From assembly GCF_009914755.1 (NCBI RefSeq), contig NC_060948.1: a stretch of 64,000 nucleotides of DNA; one strand, given 5' to 3'. The stretch is from the human T2T-CHM13v2.0 reference genome, Homo sapiens. Below, in pieces: positions 39,465-53,740 of this stretch (positions are counted from its first letter, which is position 1; every line of letters begins with the position of its first letter). A program made the translations under genes and the position numbers. The notes beneath the pieces were generated by a model. The model was given only the letters and a program-made list of their open reading frames with translations. It was not told the DNA's origin and did not search any database.

Positions 39465-42400
39465 AGGCCTGGAATAAAGTGGAATGCTACGGTCTCGAAT
39501 GGAATAAAAATATATGGAATGGAATGCAATGAAACGGAATCGAATGTCATAGAATGTAATGGAATGCAACAAAATGGAATCCAAAATCATTGACTGGAAA
39601 GGCTGGGTGTCGAAAGGAATTGACTCCAATGGAATGGAATCGAATGGAATGGAAGTGAATAGAATCGAACTAAATCGAATGGAATGGAATTGATAGGAAC
39701 GGAATGGAAAGGAATGCAATGATTTGGCATGGAATGGAATCGAATGGCATCGAATGGAATGGAATGGAATGGAATGGAATGGAATGTATTAGAATGTAAT
39801 GAGCTTTAATGGAATGTACTCGAATGGATTCGACTGGAATGGAATGTTCTGGAAGTGAATGGACTCCAATGGAATGGATTCAAAAGGAATGCAATCGTAC
39901 GGAATGGAATCTAATGGAATGGAATTAAATGGAAATGAATCAAATTGAATAGCACGGAATTGAATTGAATGGAATGGAATGCAATGGAATCTAATGAAAC
40001 GGAAAGGAAAGGAATGGAATGGAATGGAATGGGCTGGAATGGAAAGGAATCGAAACGAATGGAATGGAATCGAACTGAAGAGACTGGAATGGAATGCACT
40101 GGAATGGAAGGGAGTGTAATGGAAGGTTCTCGAAAAAAATGGAATCGAATGGAATGGAATTGAATGGAACGGAATAGAGTCGAATGGAATTGAATGGAAT
40201 GGAATGGACTAGAGTGAAATGGAATCGAACCACAAGGAATGGAGAGGAATAGAATGGTCTCGAATTGAATGGAATCGTATGGAATGGCATCAAACGGAAT
40301 GGAATGGACAGCCACGGAATGGAATGCACTCGAATGCAATGGAGTCGAAACTAATGGAATGGAATAGAATGGACTCGACTGGTACGGACTCCAATGGAAT
40401 GGAATCGAATGGAAGGGAATCGAACGGAATGGACTCGAAGGGAAAAGACTGCAATGGGAAGGTCTCGAATGGAATGGAAATTAATGGAATGGAATGGAAT
40501 CGAATGAAATGGAGTCAAAAGGAATGGAATCGAATGGCAAGAAATCGAATGTAATGGAATCGCAAGGAATTGATGTGAACGGAACGGAATGGAATGGAAT
40601 CCAAAGGAATGGAATAGAATGGAATGGAATCGAATGGAAAGGACTCGAATGGAAATCACTCGAATAGAATGCAATTTAATAAAATAGGATCAAATGTAAT
40701 GGAATGGAATGGAAAGGAATCGAAACGAAAGGAATGGAGACAGATGGAATGGAATAGAACAGAGAGCAATGGTATAGAATGGAATGGAATCATCTGGAAT
40801 GGAATTGAATGGAATGGAATAATATGAAATGGAATGGAATGGAATGGAATGGAATGCCCTTGAATTAAATGGACTGGAATGGAATGGACTCGAACAGAGT
40901 GGAATGGAAAGTGTTGAGATAGAATGGAATGGACTCCTTTGGAATGGTGTAGTATGCAATGCAATCGACTGGCAGGGAATCAAAAGGAATGTAATCGAAT
41001 GGATTGGACTGGAATGCAATGGACTCGAATAGATTGCAAACGGAATGCAAAGGAATGGAATGGAATAGTATGGAATGGAATGGAAAGGAATGGAGTGGAA
41101 TAGACTAGAGTGGAATGGAATGGACTGGAAAGCAATGGACTGGAATGGAACTTTCTTGAATGGACTGGAATCAAACGGAATGGAATGCAATGCAATCAAA
41201 TGGCATGGAATAAAATAGAATGAAAGAGAATCAAATGGAATTGAATCGAATGGAATCGAATGGATTGGAAAGGAATAGAATGGAATGGAATGGAATTGAC
41301 TCAAATGGAATGGACTAGAATGGAATGGATTCGAATGGAAGGCAAAGGAATGGAATCTATTGGAATGGACTGTAATGGAATGGAATGGAAGGGATTGGAA
41401 TGGACTCGAATGGAATGGACTGCAATAGAAAGGATTCGAATGGAATGAAAAAGAATTGAATGGAATAGAACAGAATGGAATCAAATCGAATGAAATGGAA
41501 TGGAATAGAAAGGAATGGAATGAAATGGTATGGAAAGGATTCGAATGGAATGCAATCGAATGGAATGGAATCGAACGGAATGGAATAAAATGGAAGAAAA
41601 CTGGCAAGAAATGGAATCGAAATGAATGGAGTGTTATGGAACGGACTCAAAAGGAATTGAATGTAATAGAATGGAGTGGAGTGGACTCGAATATAATGGA
41701 CTGGAATGGAATGAAATCACATGGAATGGGAACGAATGGAATGGAATGGAAAGGAATGGAATCGAATGGAAAGGAATCGAATGGAAGGGAATGAAATTGA
41801 ATGAACAGGAATGGAAGGGAATAGAATAGACGGTAATGGAATGGACTCGAATAGAATGGACACGAATGCTCAAATTGAATGGACTCGAATGGAATGGAGA
41901 CGAAAGGAATGTCATCGAATGGAATTGAATCGATTGGAATGAAATCGCATAGAATGGAGTGGAATCAAATGGAATTGAATCGAAAGGAAAGGAAGCGAAT
42001 GGACTGAAATGAAATGGAATGGAATTGAATGGAAAGTAATGCAATGGAATAGAATGGAACGAAATTTCACGGAATGGGATCAAACTGAATGGAATCAAAT
42101 CAATGGAATCAAATCAAATGGAATGGAAAGGAATTGAATGGAGTAGATTGGATTGGATGGGATTGGAATGAAATGTACTGGAAAGGACTCGAATTTCATG
42201 AAACGGAATGGAATGAATTGGAACGGAATGGACTCGAATGGAATGGAATGTCATGGAATGGCATCAAATGGAATGGCATCAAATGGAATGGAATCGAATG
42301 CAATGGAATGCTATGGAATGGAATGGAATGCATTGGAATGGAATGTCCCCTAATGGAATGGATTCGAGTGGAATGGAATCGAATATAATGGAGTCGAATG

Positions 42401-43028
42401 AAATGGAATTGAAAGGAATGGGATCGAATACAATGGAATATACTGGAATGTAATGTAATGAACTCGAATGTAATTGACTGGAATGGAATGTAGATGAATG
42501 GAATGTAATCGAATGGAAAGTAATCCAATGGAATAGAATCTAATGCAATAAAATCGACTCAGATAGAGTAGAATGTAATGGAATGGAGTGCAGTGCAATG
42601 GAATGGAATGGAATGGAATGGAATGCAATTGAATGGAATGGAATGGAATGGAATGGAATGGAATGGGATGGAATGGTATGGAATGGATAGTAATGGACTG
42701 GAGTGAAATGGACTGGAAAGGAATGGACTCAAATTGAAAGGGCTCGAAAGGAATGGAGTCAAATGGAATGGTCTGGAATGGAATGAACACGAATGTAATG
42801 CAATCCAATAGAATGGAATCGAATGGCATGGAATATAAAGAAATGGAATCGGAGAGAATGGAAACAAATGGAATGGAATTGAATGGAATGGAATTGAATG
42901 GAATGGGAACGAATGGAGTGAAATTGTATGCAGTAGAAGGGAATAGAATGGAATGCAAGCGAAAGGAAAGGAATGGATTGGAATGGAATGGAATTCATTG
43001 GAATGGAAGGGAATGTAGTGTAATGGAC
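39465..43028 (+). repeat. DYZ1 unit U12, 3,564 bp (canonical length), D-type 5' half
   Basis: StuI sites at 39465 and 43029; AGCT at 39802; 13-pentamer tract. Confidence 0.9.
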
Positions 43029-46000
43029 AGGCCTGGAATAAAGTGGAATGCTACGGTCTCGAATGGAATAAAAATGTATGGAATGGAATGCAATGAAATG
43101 GAATCGTATGTCATAGAATGTAATGGAATGCAAAAAAATGGAATCCAAAATCATTGACTGGAAAGGCTGGGTGTCGAAAGGAATTGACTCCAATGGAATG
43201 GAATCGAATGGAATGGAAGTGAATAGAATCGAACTAAATCGAATGGAATGGAATTGATAGGAACGGAATGGAAAGGAATGCAATGATTTGGCATGGAATG
43301 GAATCGAATGGCATCGAATGGAATGGAATGGAATGCAATGGAATGGAATGTATTAGAATGTAATGAACTTTAATGGAATGTACTCGAATGGATTCGACTG
43401 GAATGGAATGTTCTGGAAGTGAATGGACTCCAATGGAATGGATTCAAAAGGAATGGAATCGTACGGAATGGAATCTAATGGAATGGAATTAAATGGAAAT
43501 GAATCAAATTGAATAGCACGGAATTGAATTGAATGGAATGGAATGCAATGGAATCTAATGAAACGGAAAGGAAAGGAATGGAATGGAATGGAATGGGCTG
43601 GAATGGAAAGGAATCGAAACGAATGGAATGGAATCGAACTGAAGAGACTGGAATGGAATGCACTGGAATGGAAGGGAGTGTAATGGAAGGTTCTCGAAAG
43701 AAATGGAATGGAATGGAATGGAATTGAATGGAACGGAATAGAGTCGAATGGAATTGAATGGAATGGAATGGACTAGAGTGAAATGGAATCGAACCACAAG
43801 GAATGGACAGGAATAGAATGGTCTCAAATTGAATGGAATCGTATGGAATGGCATCAAACGGAATGGAATGGACAGCCACGGAATGGAATGCACTCGAATG
43901 CAATGGAGTCGAAACTAATGGACTGGAATAGAATGGACTCGACTGGTACGGACTCCAATGGAATGGAATCGAATGGAAGGGATTCGAACGGAATGGACTC
44001 GAAGGGAAAAGACTGCAATGGAAAGGTCTCGAATGGAATGGAAATTAATGGAATGGAATGGAATCGAATGAAATGGAGTCAAAAGGAATGGAATCGAATG
44101 GCAAGAAATCGAATGTAATGGAATCGCAAGGAATTGATGTGAACGGAACGGAATGGAATGGAATCCAAAGGAATGGAATAGAATGGAATGGAATCGAATG
44201 GAAAGGACTCGAATGGAAATCACTCGAATAGAATGCAATTTAATAAAATAGGATCAAATGTAAAGGAATGGAATGGAAAGGAATCGAAACGAAAGGAATG
44301 GAGACAGATGGAATGGAATGGAACAGAGAGCAATGGTATAGAATGGAATGGAATCATCTGGAATGGAATTGAATGGAATGGAATAATATGAAATGGAATG
44401 GAATGGAATGGAATGGAATGGAATGCCCTTGAATTAAATGGACTGGAATGGAATGGACTCGAACAGAGTGGAATGGAAAGTGTTGAGATAGAATGGAATG
44501 GACTCCTTTGGAATGGTGTAGTATGCAATGCAATCGACTGGCAGGGAATCAAAAGGAATGTAATGGAATGGATTGGACTGGAATGCAATGGACTCGAATA
44601 GATTGGAAACGGAATGCAAAGGAATGGAATGGAATAGTATGGAATGGAATGGAAAGGAATGGAGTGGAATAGACTAGAGTGGAATGGAATGGACTGGAAA
44701 GCAATGGACTGGAATGGAACTTTCTTGAATGGACTGGAATCAAACGGAATGGAATGCAATACAATCAAATGGCATGGAATAAAATAGAATGAAAGAGAAT
44801 CAAATGGAATTGAATCGAATGGAATCGAATGGATTGGAAAGGAATAGAATGGAATGGAATGGAATTGACTCAAATGGAATGGACTAGAATGGAATGGATT
44901 CGAATGGAAGGCAAAGGAATGGAATCTATTGGAATGGACTGTAATGGAATGGAATGGAAGGGATTGGAATGGACTCGAATGGAATGGACTGCAATAGAAA
45001 GGATTCGAATGGAATGAAAAAGAATTGAATGGAATAGAACAGAATGGAATCAAATCGAATGAAATGGAATGGAATAGAAAGGAATGGAATGAAATGGAAT
45101 GGAAAGGATTCGAATGGAATGCAATCGAATGGAACGGAATCGAACGGAATGGAATAAAATGGAAGAAAACTGGCAAGAAATGGAATCGAAATGAATGGAG
45201 TGTTATGGAACGGACTCAAAAGGAATTGAATGTAATAGAATGGAGTGGAGTGGACTCGAATATAATGGACTGGAATGGAATGAAATCACATGGAATGGGA
45301 ACGAATGGAATGGAATGGAAAGGAATGGAATCGAATGGAAAGGAATCGAATGGAAGGGAATGCAATTGAATCAACAGGAATGGAAGGGAATAGAATAGAC
45401 GGTAATGGAATGGACTCGAATAGAATGGACACGAATGCTCAAATTGAATGGACTCCAATGGAATGGAAACGAAAGGAATGTCATCGAATGGAATTGAATC
45501 GATTGGAATGAAATCGCATAGAATGGAGTGGAATCAAATGGAATTGAATCGAAAGGAAAGGAAGCGAATGGACTGAAATGAAATGGAATGGAATTGAATG
45601 GAAAGTAATGCAATGGAATAGAATGGAACGAAATTTCACGGAATGGAATCAAACTGAATGGAATCAAATCAATGGAATCTAATCAAATGGAATGGAAAGG
45701 AATTGAATGGAGTAGATTGGATTGGATGGGATTGGAATGAAATGTACTGGAAAGGACTCGAATTTCATGAAACGGAATGGAATGAATTGGAACGGAATGG
45801 ACTCGAATGGAATGGAATGTCATGGAATGGCATCAAATGGAATGGCATCAAATGGAATGGAATCGAATGCAATGGAATGCTATGGAATGGAATGGAATGC
45901 ATTGGAATGGAATGTCCTCTAATGGAATGGATTCGAGTGGAATGGAATCGAATATAATGGAGTCGAATGAAATGGAATTGAAAGGAATGGGATCGAATAC

Positions 46001-46602
46001 AATGGAATATACTGGAATGTAATGTAATGAACTCGAATGTAATTGACTGGCATGGAATTTACATGAATGGAAGGTAATCGAATGGAAAGTAATCCAATGG
46101 AATAGAATCTAATGCAATAAAACCGACTCAGATAGAGTAGAATGTAATGGAATGGAGTGCAGTGCAATGGAATGGAATGGAATTGAATGCAATGGAATGG
46201 AATGGAATGGAATGGAATGGAATGGAATGGAATGGAATGGAATGGAATGGAATGGGATGGAATGGTATGGAATGGATAGTAATGGACTGGAGTGAAATGG
46301 ACTGGAAAGGAATGGACTCAAATTGAAAGGGCTCGAAAGGAATGGAGTCAAATGGAATGGTCTGGAATGGAATGAACACGAATGTAATGCAATCCAATAG
46401 AATGGAATCGAATGGCATGGAATATAAAGAAATGGATTCGAAGAGAATGGAAACAAATGGAATGGAATTGAATGGAATGGGAACGAATGGAGTGGAATTG
46501 TATGCAGTAGAAGGGAATAGAAAGGAATGCAAGCGAAAGGAAAGGAATGGATTGGAATGGAATGGAATTCATTGGAATGGAAGGGAATGTAGTGTAATGG
46601 AC
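43029..46602 (+). repeat. DYZ1 unit U13, 3,574 bp
   Basis: +5 at ~44400, 17-pentamer tract (+20), 15-bp deletion at ~46459. Confidence 0.9.
46194..46253 (+). repeat. Longest pure (GGAAT)12 run, within the per-unit hypervariable tract
   Basis: Twelve perfect GGAAT copies between tgaatgcaat and gggatggaatggtat. Confidence 0.9.
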
Positions 46603-49600
46603 AGGCCTGGAATAAAGTGGAATGCTACGGTCTCGAATGGAATAAAAATGTATGGAATGGAATGCAATGAAACGGAATCGAATGTCATAGAATGTAATGG
46701 AATGCAACAAAATGGAATCCAATATCATTGACTGGAAAGGCTGGGTGTCGAAAGGAATTGACTCCAATGGAATGGAATCGAATGGAATGGAAGTGAATAG
46801 AATCGAACTAAATCGAATGGAATGGAATTGATAGGAACGGAATGGAAAGGAATGCAATGATTTGGCATGGAATGGAATCGAATGGCATCGAATGGAATGG
46901 AATGGAATGCAATGGAATGGAATGTATTAGAATGTAATGAACTTTAATGGAATGTACTCGAATGGATTCGACTGGAATGGAATGTTCTGGAAGTGAATGG
47001 ACTCCAATGGAATGGATTCAAAAGGAATGGAATCGTACGGAATGGAATCTAATGGAATGGAATTAAATGGAAATGAATCAAATTGAATAGCACGGAATTG
47101 AATTGAATGGAATGGAATGCAATGGAATCTAATGAAACGGAAAGGAAAGGAATGGAATGGAATGGAATGGGCTGGAATGGAAAGGAATCGAAACGAATGG
47201 AATGGAATCGAACTGAAGAGACTGGAATGGAATGCACTGGAATGGAAGGGAGTGTAATGGAAGGTTCTCGAAAAAAATGGAATGGAATGGAATGGAATTG
47301 AATGGAACGGAATAGAGTCGAATGGAATTGAATGGAATGGAATGGACTAGAGTGAAATGGAATCGAACCACAAGGAATGGAGAGGAATAGAATGGTCTCG
47401 AATTGAATGGAATCGTATGGAATGGCATCAAACGGAATGGAATGGACAGCCACGGAATGGAATGCACTCGAATGCAATGGAGTCGAAACTAATGGACTGG
47501 AATAGAATGGACTCGACTGGTACGGACTCCAATGGAATGGAATCGAATGGAAGGGAATCGAACGGAATGGACTCGAAGGGAAAAGACTGCAATGGAAAGG
47601 TCTCGAATGGAATGGAAATTAATGGAATGGAATGGAATCGAATGAAATGGAGTCAAAAGGAATGGAATCGAATGGCAAGAAATCGAATGTAATGGAATCG
47701 CAAGGAATTGATGTGAACGGAACGGAATGGAATGGAATCCAAAGGAATGGAATAGAATGGAATGGAATCGAATGGAAAGGACTCGAATGGAAATCACTCG
47801 AATAGAATGCAATTTAATAAAATAGGATCAAATGTAATGGAATGGAATGGAAAGGAATCGAAACGAAAGGAATGGAGACAGATGGAATGGAATAGAACAG
47901 AGAGCAATGGTATAGAATGGAATGGAATCATCTGGAATGGAATTGAATGGAATGGAATAATATGAAATGGAATGGAATGGAATGGAATGGAATGCCCTTG
48001 AATTAAATGGACTGGAATGGAATGGACTCGAACAGAGTGGAATGGAAAGTGTTGAGATAGAATGGAATGGACTCCTTTGGAATGGTCTAGTATGCAATGC
48101 AATCGACTGGCAGGGAATCAAAAGGAATGTAATCGAATGGATTGGACTGGAATGCAATGGACTCGAATAGATTGCAAACGGAATGCAAAGGAATGGAATG
48201 GAATAGTATGGAATGGAATGGAAAGGAATGGAGTGGAATAGACTAGAGTGGAATGGAATGGACTGGAAAGCAATGGACTAGAATGGAACTTTCTTGAATG
48301 GACTGGAATCAAACGGAATGGAATGCAATGCAATCAAATGGCATGGAATAAAATAGAATGAAAGAGAATCAAATGGAATTGAATCGAATGGAATCGAATG
48401 GATTGGAAAGGAATAGAATGGAATGGAATGGAATGGACTCAAATGGAATGGACTAGAATGGAATGGATTCGAATGGAAGGCAAAGGAATGGAATCTATTG
48501 GAATGGACTGTAATGGAATGGAATGGAAGGGATTGGAATGGACTCGAATGGAATGGACTGCAATAGAAAGGATTCGAATGGAATGAAAAAGAATTGAATG
48601 GAATAGAACAGAATGGAATCAAATCGAATGAAATGGAATGGAATAGAAAGGAATGGAATGAAATGGAATGGAAAGGATTCGAATGGAATGCAATCGAATG
48701 GAATGGAATCGAACGGAATGGAATAAAATGGAAGAAAACTGGCAAGAAATGGAATCGAAATGAATGGAGTGTTATGGAACGGACTCAAAAGGAATTGAAT
48801 GTAATAGAATGGAGTGGAGTGGACTCGAATATAATGGACTGGAATGGAATGAAATCACATGGAATGGGAACGAATGGAATGGAATGGAAAGGAATGGAAT
48901 CGAATGGAAAGGAATCGAATGGAAGGGAATGAAATTGAATCAACAGGAATGGAAGGGAATAGAATAGACGGTAATGGAATGGACTCGAATAGAATGGACA
49001 CGAATGCTCAAATTGAATGGACTCGAATGGAATGGAAACGAAAGGAATGTCATCGAATGGAATTGAATCGATTGGAATGAAATCGCATAGAATGGAGTGG
49101 AATCAAATGGAATTGAATCGAAAGGAAAGGAAGCGAATGGACTGAAATGAAATGGAATGGAATTGAATGGAAAGTAATGCAATGGAATAGAATGGAACGA
49201 AATTTCACGGAATGGAATCAAACTGAATGGAATCAAATCAATGGAATCTAATCAAATGGAATGGAAAGGAATTGAATGGAGTAGATTGGATTGGATGGGA
49301 TTGGAATGAAATGTACTGGAAAGGACTCGAATTTCATGAAACGGAATGGAATGAATTGGAACAGAATGGACTCGAATGGAATGGAATGTCATGGAATGGC
49401 ATCAAATGGAATGGCATCAAATGGAATGGAATCTAATGCAATGGAATGCTATGGAATGGAATGGAATGCATTGGAATGGAATGTCCTCTAATGGAATGGA
49501 TTCGAGTGGAATGGAATCGAATATAATGGAGTCGAATGAAATGGAATTGAAAGGAATGGGATCGAATACAATGGAATATACTGGAATGTAATGTAATGAA

Positions 49601-50171
49601 CTCGAATGTAATTGACTGGAATGGAATGTACATGAATGGAAGGTAATCGAATGGAAAGTAATCCAATGGAATAGAATCTAATGCAATAAAACCGACTCAG
49701 ATAGAGTAGAATGTAATGGAATGGAGTGCAGTGCAATGGAATGGAATGGAACTGAATGCAATGGAATGGAATGGAATGGAATGGAATGGAAAGGAATGGA
49801 ATGGAATGGGATGGAATGGTATGGAATGGATAGTAATGGACTGGAGTGAAATGGACTGGAAAGGAATGGACTCAAATTGAAAGGGCTCGAAAGGAATGGA
49901 GTCAAATGGAATGGTCTGGAATGGAATGAACACGAATGTAATGCAATCCAATAGAATGGAATCGAATGGCATGGAATATAAAGAAATGGAATCGGAGAGA
50001 ATGGAAACAAATGGTATGGAATTGAATGGAATGGAATTGAATGGAATGGGAACGAATGGAGTGAAATTGTATGCAGTAGAAGGGAATAGAATGGAATGCA
50101 AACGAAAGGAAAGGAATGGATTGGAATGGAATGGAATTCATTGGAATGGAAGGGAATGTAGTGTAATGGAC
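46603..50171 (+). repeat. DYZ1 unit U14, 3,569 bp
   Basis: StuI spacing; 14-pentamer tract. Confidence 0.9.
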
Positions 50172-53100
50172 AGGCCTGGAATAAAGTGGAATGCTACGGT
50201 CTCGAATGGAATAAAAATGTATGGAATGGAATGCAATGAAACGGAATCGAATGTCATAGAATGTAATGGAATGCAACAAAATGGAATCCAAAATCATTGA
50301 CTGGAAAGGCTGGGTGTCGAAAGGAATTGACTCCAATGGAATGGAATCGAATGGAATGGAAGTGAATAGAATCGAACTAAATCGAATGGAATGGAATTGA
50401 TAGGAACGGAATGGAAAGGAATGCAATGATTTGGCATGGAATGGAATCGAATGGCATCGAATGGAATGGAATGGAATGCAATGGAATGGAATGTATTAGA
50501 ATGTAATGAACTTTAATGGAATGTACTCGAATGGATTCGACTGGAATGGAATGTTCTGGAAGTGAATGGACTCCAATGGAATGGATTCAAAAGGAATGGA
50601 ATCGTACGGAATGGAATCTAATGGAATGGAATTAAATGGAAATGAATCAAATTGAATAGCACGGAATTGAATTGAATGGAATGGAATGCAATGGAATCTA
50701 ATGAAACGGAAAGGAAAGGAATGGAATGGAATGGAATGGGCTGGAATGGAAAGGAATCGAAACGAATGGAATGGAATCGAACTGAAGAGACTGGAATGGA
50801 ATGCACTGGAATGGAAGGGAGTGTAATGGAAGGTTCTCGAAAAAAATGGAATCGAATGGAATGGAATTGAATGGAACGGAATAGAGTCGAATGGAATTGA
50901 ATGGAATGGAATGGACTAGAGTGAAATGGAATCGAACCACAAGGAATGGAGAGGAATAGAATGGTCTCGAATTGAATGGAATCGTATGGAATGGCATCAA
51001 ACGGAATGGAATGGACAGCCACGGAATGGAATGCACTCGAATGCAATGGAGTCGAAACTAATGGAATGGAATAGAATGGACTCGACTGGTACGGACTCCA
51101 ATGGAATGGAATCGAATGGAAGGGAATCGAACGGAATGGACTCGAAGGGAAAAGACTGCAATGGAAAGGTCTCGAATGGAATGGAAATTAATGGAATGGA
51201 ATGGAAACGAATGAAATGGAGTCAAAAGGAATGGAATCGAATGGCAAGAAATCGAATGTAATGGAATCGCAAGGAATTGATGTGAACGGAACGGAATGGA
51301 ATGGAATCCAAAGGAATGGAATAGAATGGAATGGAATCGAATGGAAAGGACTCGAATGGAAATCACTCGAATAGAATGCAATTTAATAAAATAGGATCAA
51401 ATGTAATGGAATGGAATGGAAAGGAATCGAAACGAAAGGAATGGAGACAGATGGAATGGAATGGAACAGAGAGCAATGGTATAGAATGGAATGGAATCAT
51501 CTGGAATGGAATTGAATGGAATGGAATAATATGAAATGGAATGGAATGGAATGGAATGGAATGCCCTTGAATTAAATGGACTGGAATGGAATGGACTCGA
51601 ACAGAGTGGAATGGAAAGTGTTGAGATAGAATGGAATGGACTCCTTTGGAATGGTCTAGTATGCAATGCAATCGACTGGCAGGGAATCAAAAGGAATGTA
51701 ATGGAATGGACTGGACTGGAATGCAATGGACTCGAATAGATTGGAAACGGAATGCAAAGGAATGGAATGGAATAGTATGGAATGGAATGGAAAGGAATGG
51801 AGTGGAATAGAATAGAGTGGAATGGAATGGACTGGAAAGCAATGGACTGGAATGGAACTTTCTTGAATGGACTGGAATCAAACGGAATGGAATGCAATGC
51901 AATCAAATGGCATGGAATAAAATAGAATGAAAGAGAATCAAATGGAATTGAATCGAATGGAATCGAATGGATTGGAAAGGAATAGAATGGAATGGAATGG
52001 AATTGACTCAAATGGAATGGACTAGAATGGAATGGATTCGAATGGAAGGCAAAGGAATGGAATCTATTGGAATGGACTGTAATGGAATGGAATGGAAGGG
52101 ATTGGAATGGACTCGAATGGAATGGACTGCAATAGAAAGGATTCGAATGGAATGAAAAAGAATTGAATGGAATAGAACAGAATGGAATCAAATCGAATGA
52201 AATGGAATGGAATAGAAAGGAATGGAATGAAATGGAATGGAAAGGATTCGAATGGAATGCAATCGAATGGAATGGAATCGAACGGAATGGAATAAAATGG
52301 AAGAAAACTGGCAAGAAATGGAATCGAAATGAATGGAGTGTTATGGAACGGACTCAAAAGGAATTGAATGTAATAGAATGGAGTGGAGTGGACTCGAATA
52401 TAATGGACTGGAAAGGAATGAAATCACATGGAATGGGAACGAATGGAATGGAAAGGAATGGAATCGAATGGAAAGGAATCGAATGGAAGGGAATGAAATT
52501 GAATCAACAGGAATGGAAGGGAATAGAATAGACGGTAATGGAATGGACTCGAATAGAATGGACACGAATGCTCAAATTGAATGGACTCGAATGGAATGGA
52601 AACGAAAGGAATGTCATCGAATGGAATTGAATCGATTGGAATGAAATCGCATAGAATGGAGTGGAATCAAATGGAATTGAATCGAAAGGAAAGGAAGCGA
52701 ATGGACTGAAATGAAATGGAATGGAATTGAATGGAAAGTAATGCAATGGAATAGAATGGAACGAAATTTCACGGAATGGAATCAAACTGAATGGAATCAA
52801 ATCAATGGAATCAAATCAAATGGAATGGAAAGGAATTGAATGGAGTAGATTGGATTGGATGGGATTGGAATGAAATGTACTGGAAAGGACTCGAATTTCA
52901 TGAAACGGAATGGAATGAATTGGAACGGAATGGACTCGAATGGAATGGAATGTCATGGAATGGCATCAAATGGAATGGCATCAAATGGAATGGAATCGAA
53001 TGCAATGGAATGCTATGGAATGGAATGGAATGCATTGGAATGGAATGTCCTCTAATGGAATGGATTCGAGTGGAATGGAATCGAATATAATGGAGTCGAA

Positions 53101-53740
53101 TGAAATGGAATTGAAAGGAATGGGATCGAATAGAATGGAATATACTGGAATGTAATGTAATGAACTCGAATGTAATTGACTGGAATGGAATGTACATGAA
53201 TGGAATGTAATCGAATGGAAAGTAATCCAATGGAATAGAATCTAATGCAATAAAACCGACTCAGATAGAGTAGAATGTAATGGAATGGAGTGCAGTACAA
53301 TGGAAGGGAATGGAATTGAATGCAATAGAATGGAATGGAATGGAATGGAATGGAATGGAATGGAATGGAATGGAATGGGATGGAATGGTATGGAATGGAT
53401 AGTAATGGACTGGAGTGAAATGGACTGGAAAGGATTGGACTCAAATTGAAAGGGCTCGAAAGGAATGGAGTCAAATGGAATGGTCTGGAATGGAATGAAC
53501 ACGAATGTAATGCAATCCAATAGAATGGAATCGAATGGCATGGAATATAAAGAAATGGAATCGAAGAGAATGGAAACAAATGGAATGGAATTGAATGGAA
53601 TGGAATTGAATGGAATGGGAACGAATGGAGTGAAATTGTATGCAGTAGAAGGGAATAGAATGGAATGCAAGCGAAAGGAAAGGAATGGATTGGAATGGAA
53701 TGGAATTCATTGGAATGGAAGGGAATGTAGTGTAATGGAC
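50172..53740 (+). repeat. DYZ1 unit U15, 3,569 bp
   Basis: 5-bp deletion at ~52445; 15-pentamer tract. Confidence 0.9.
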
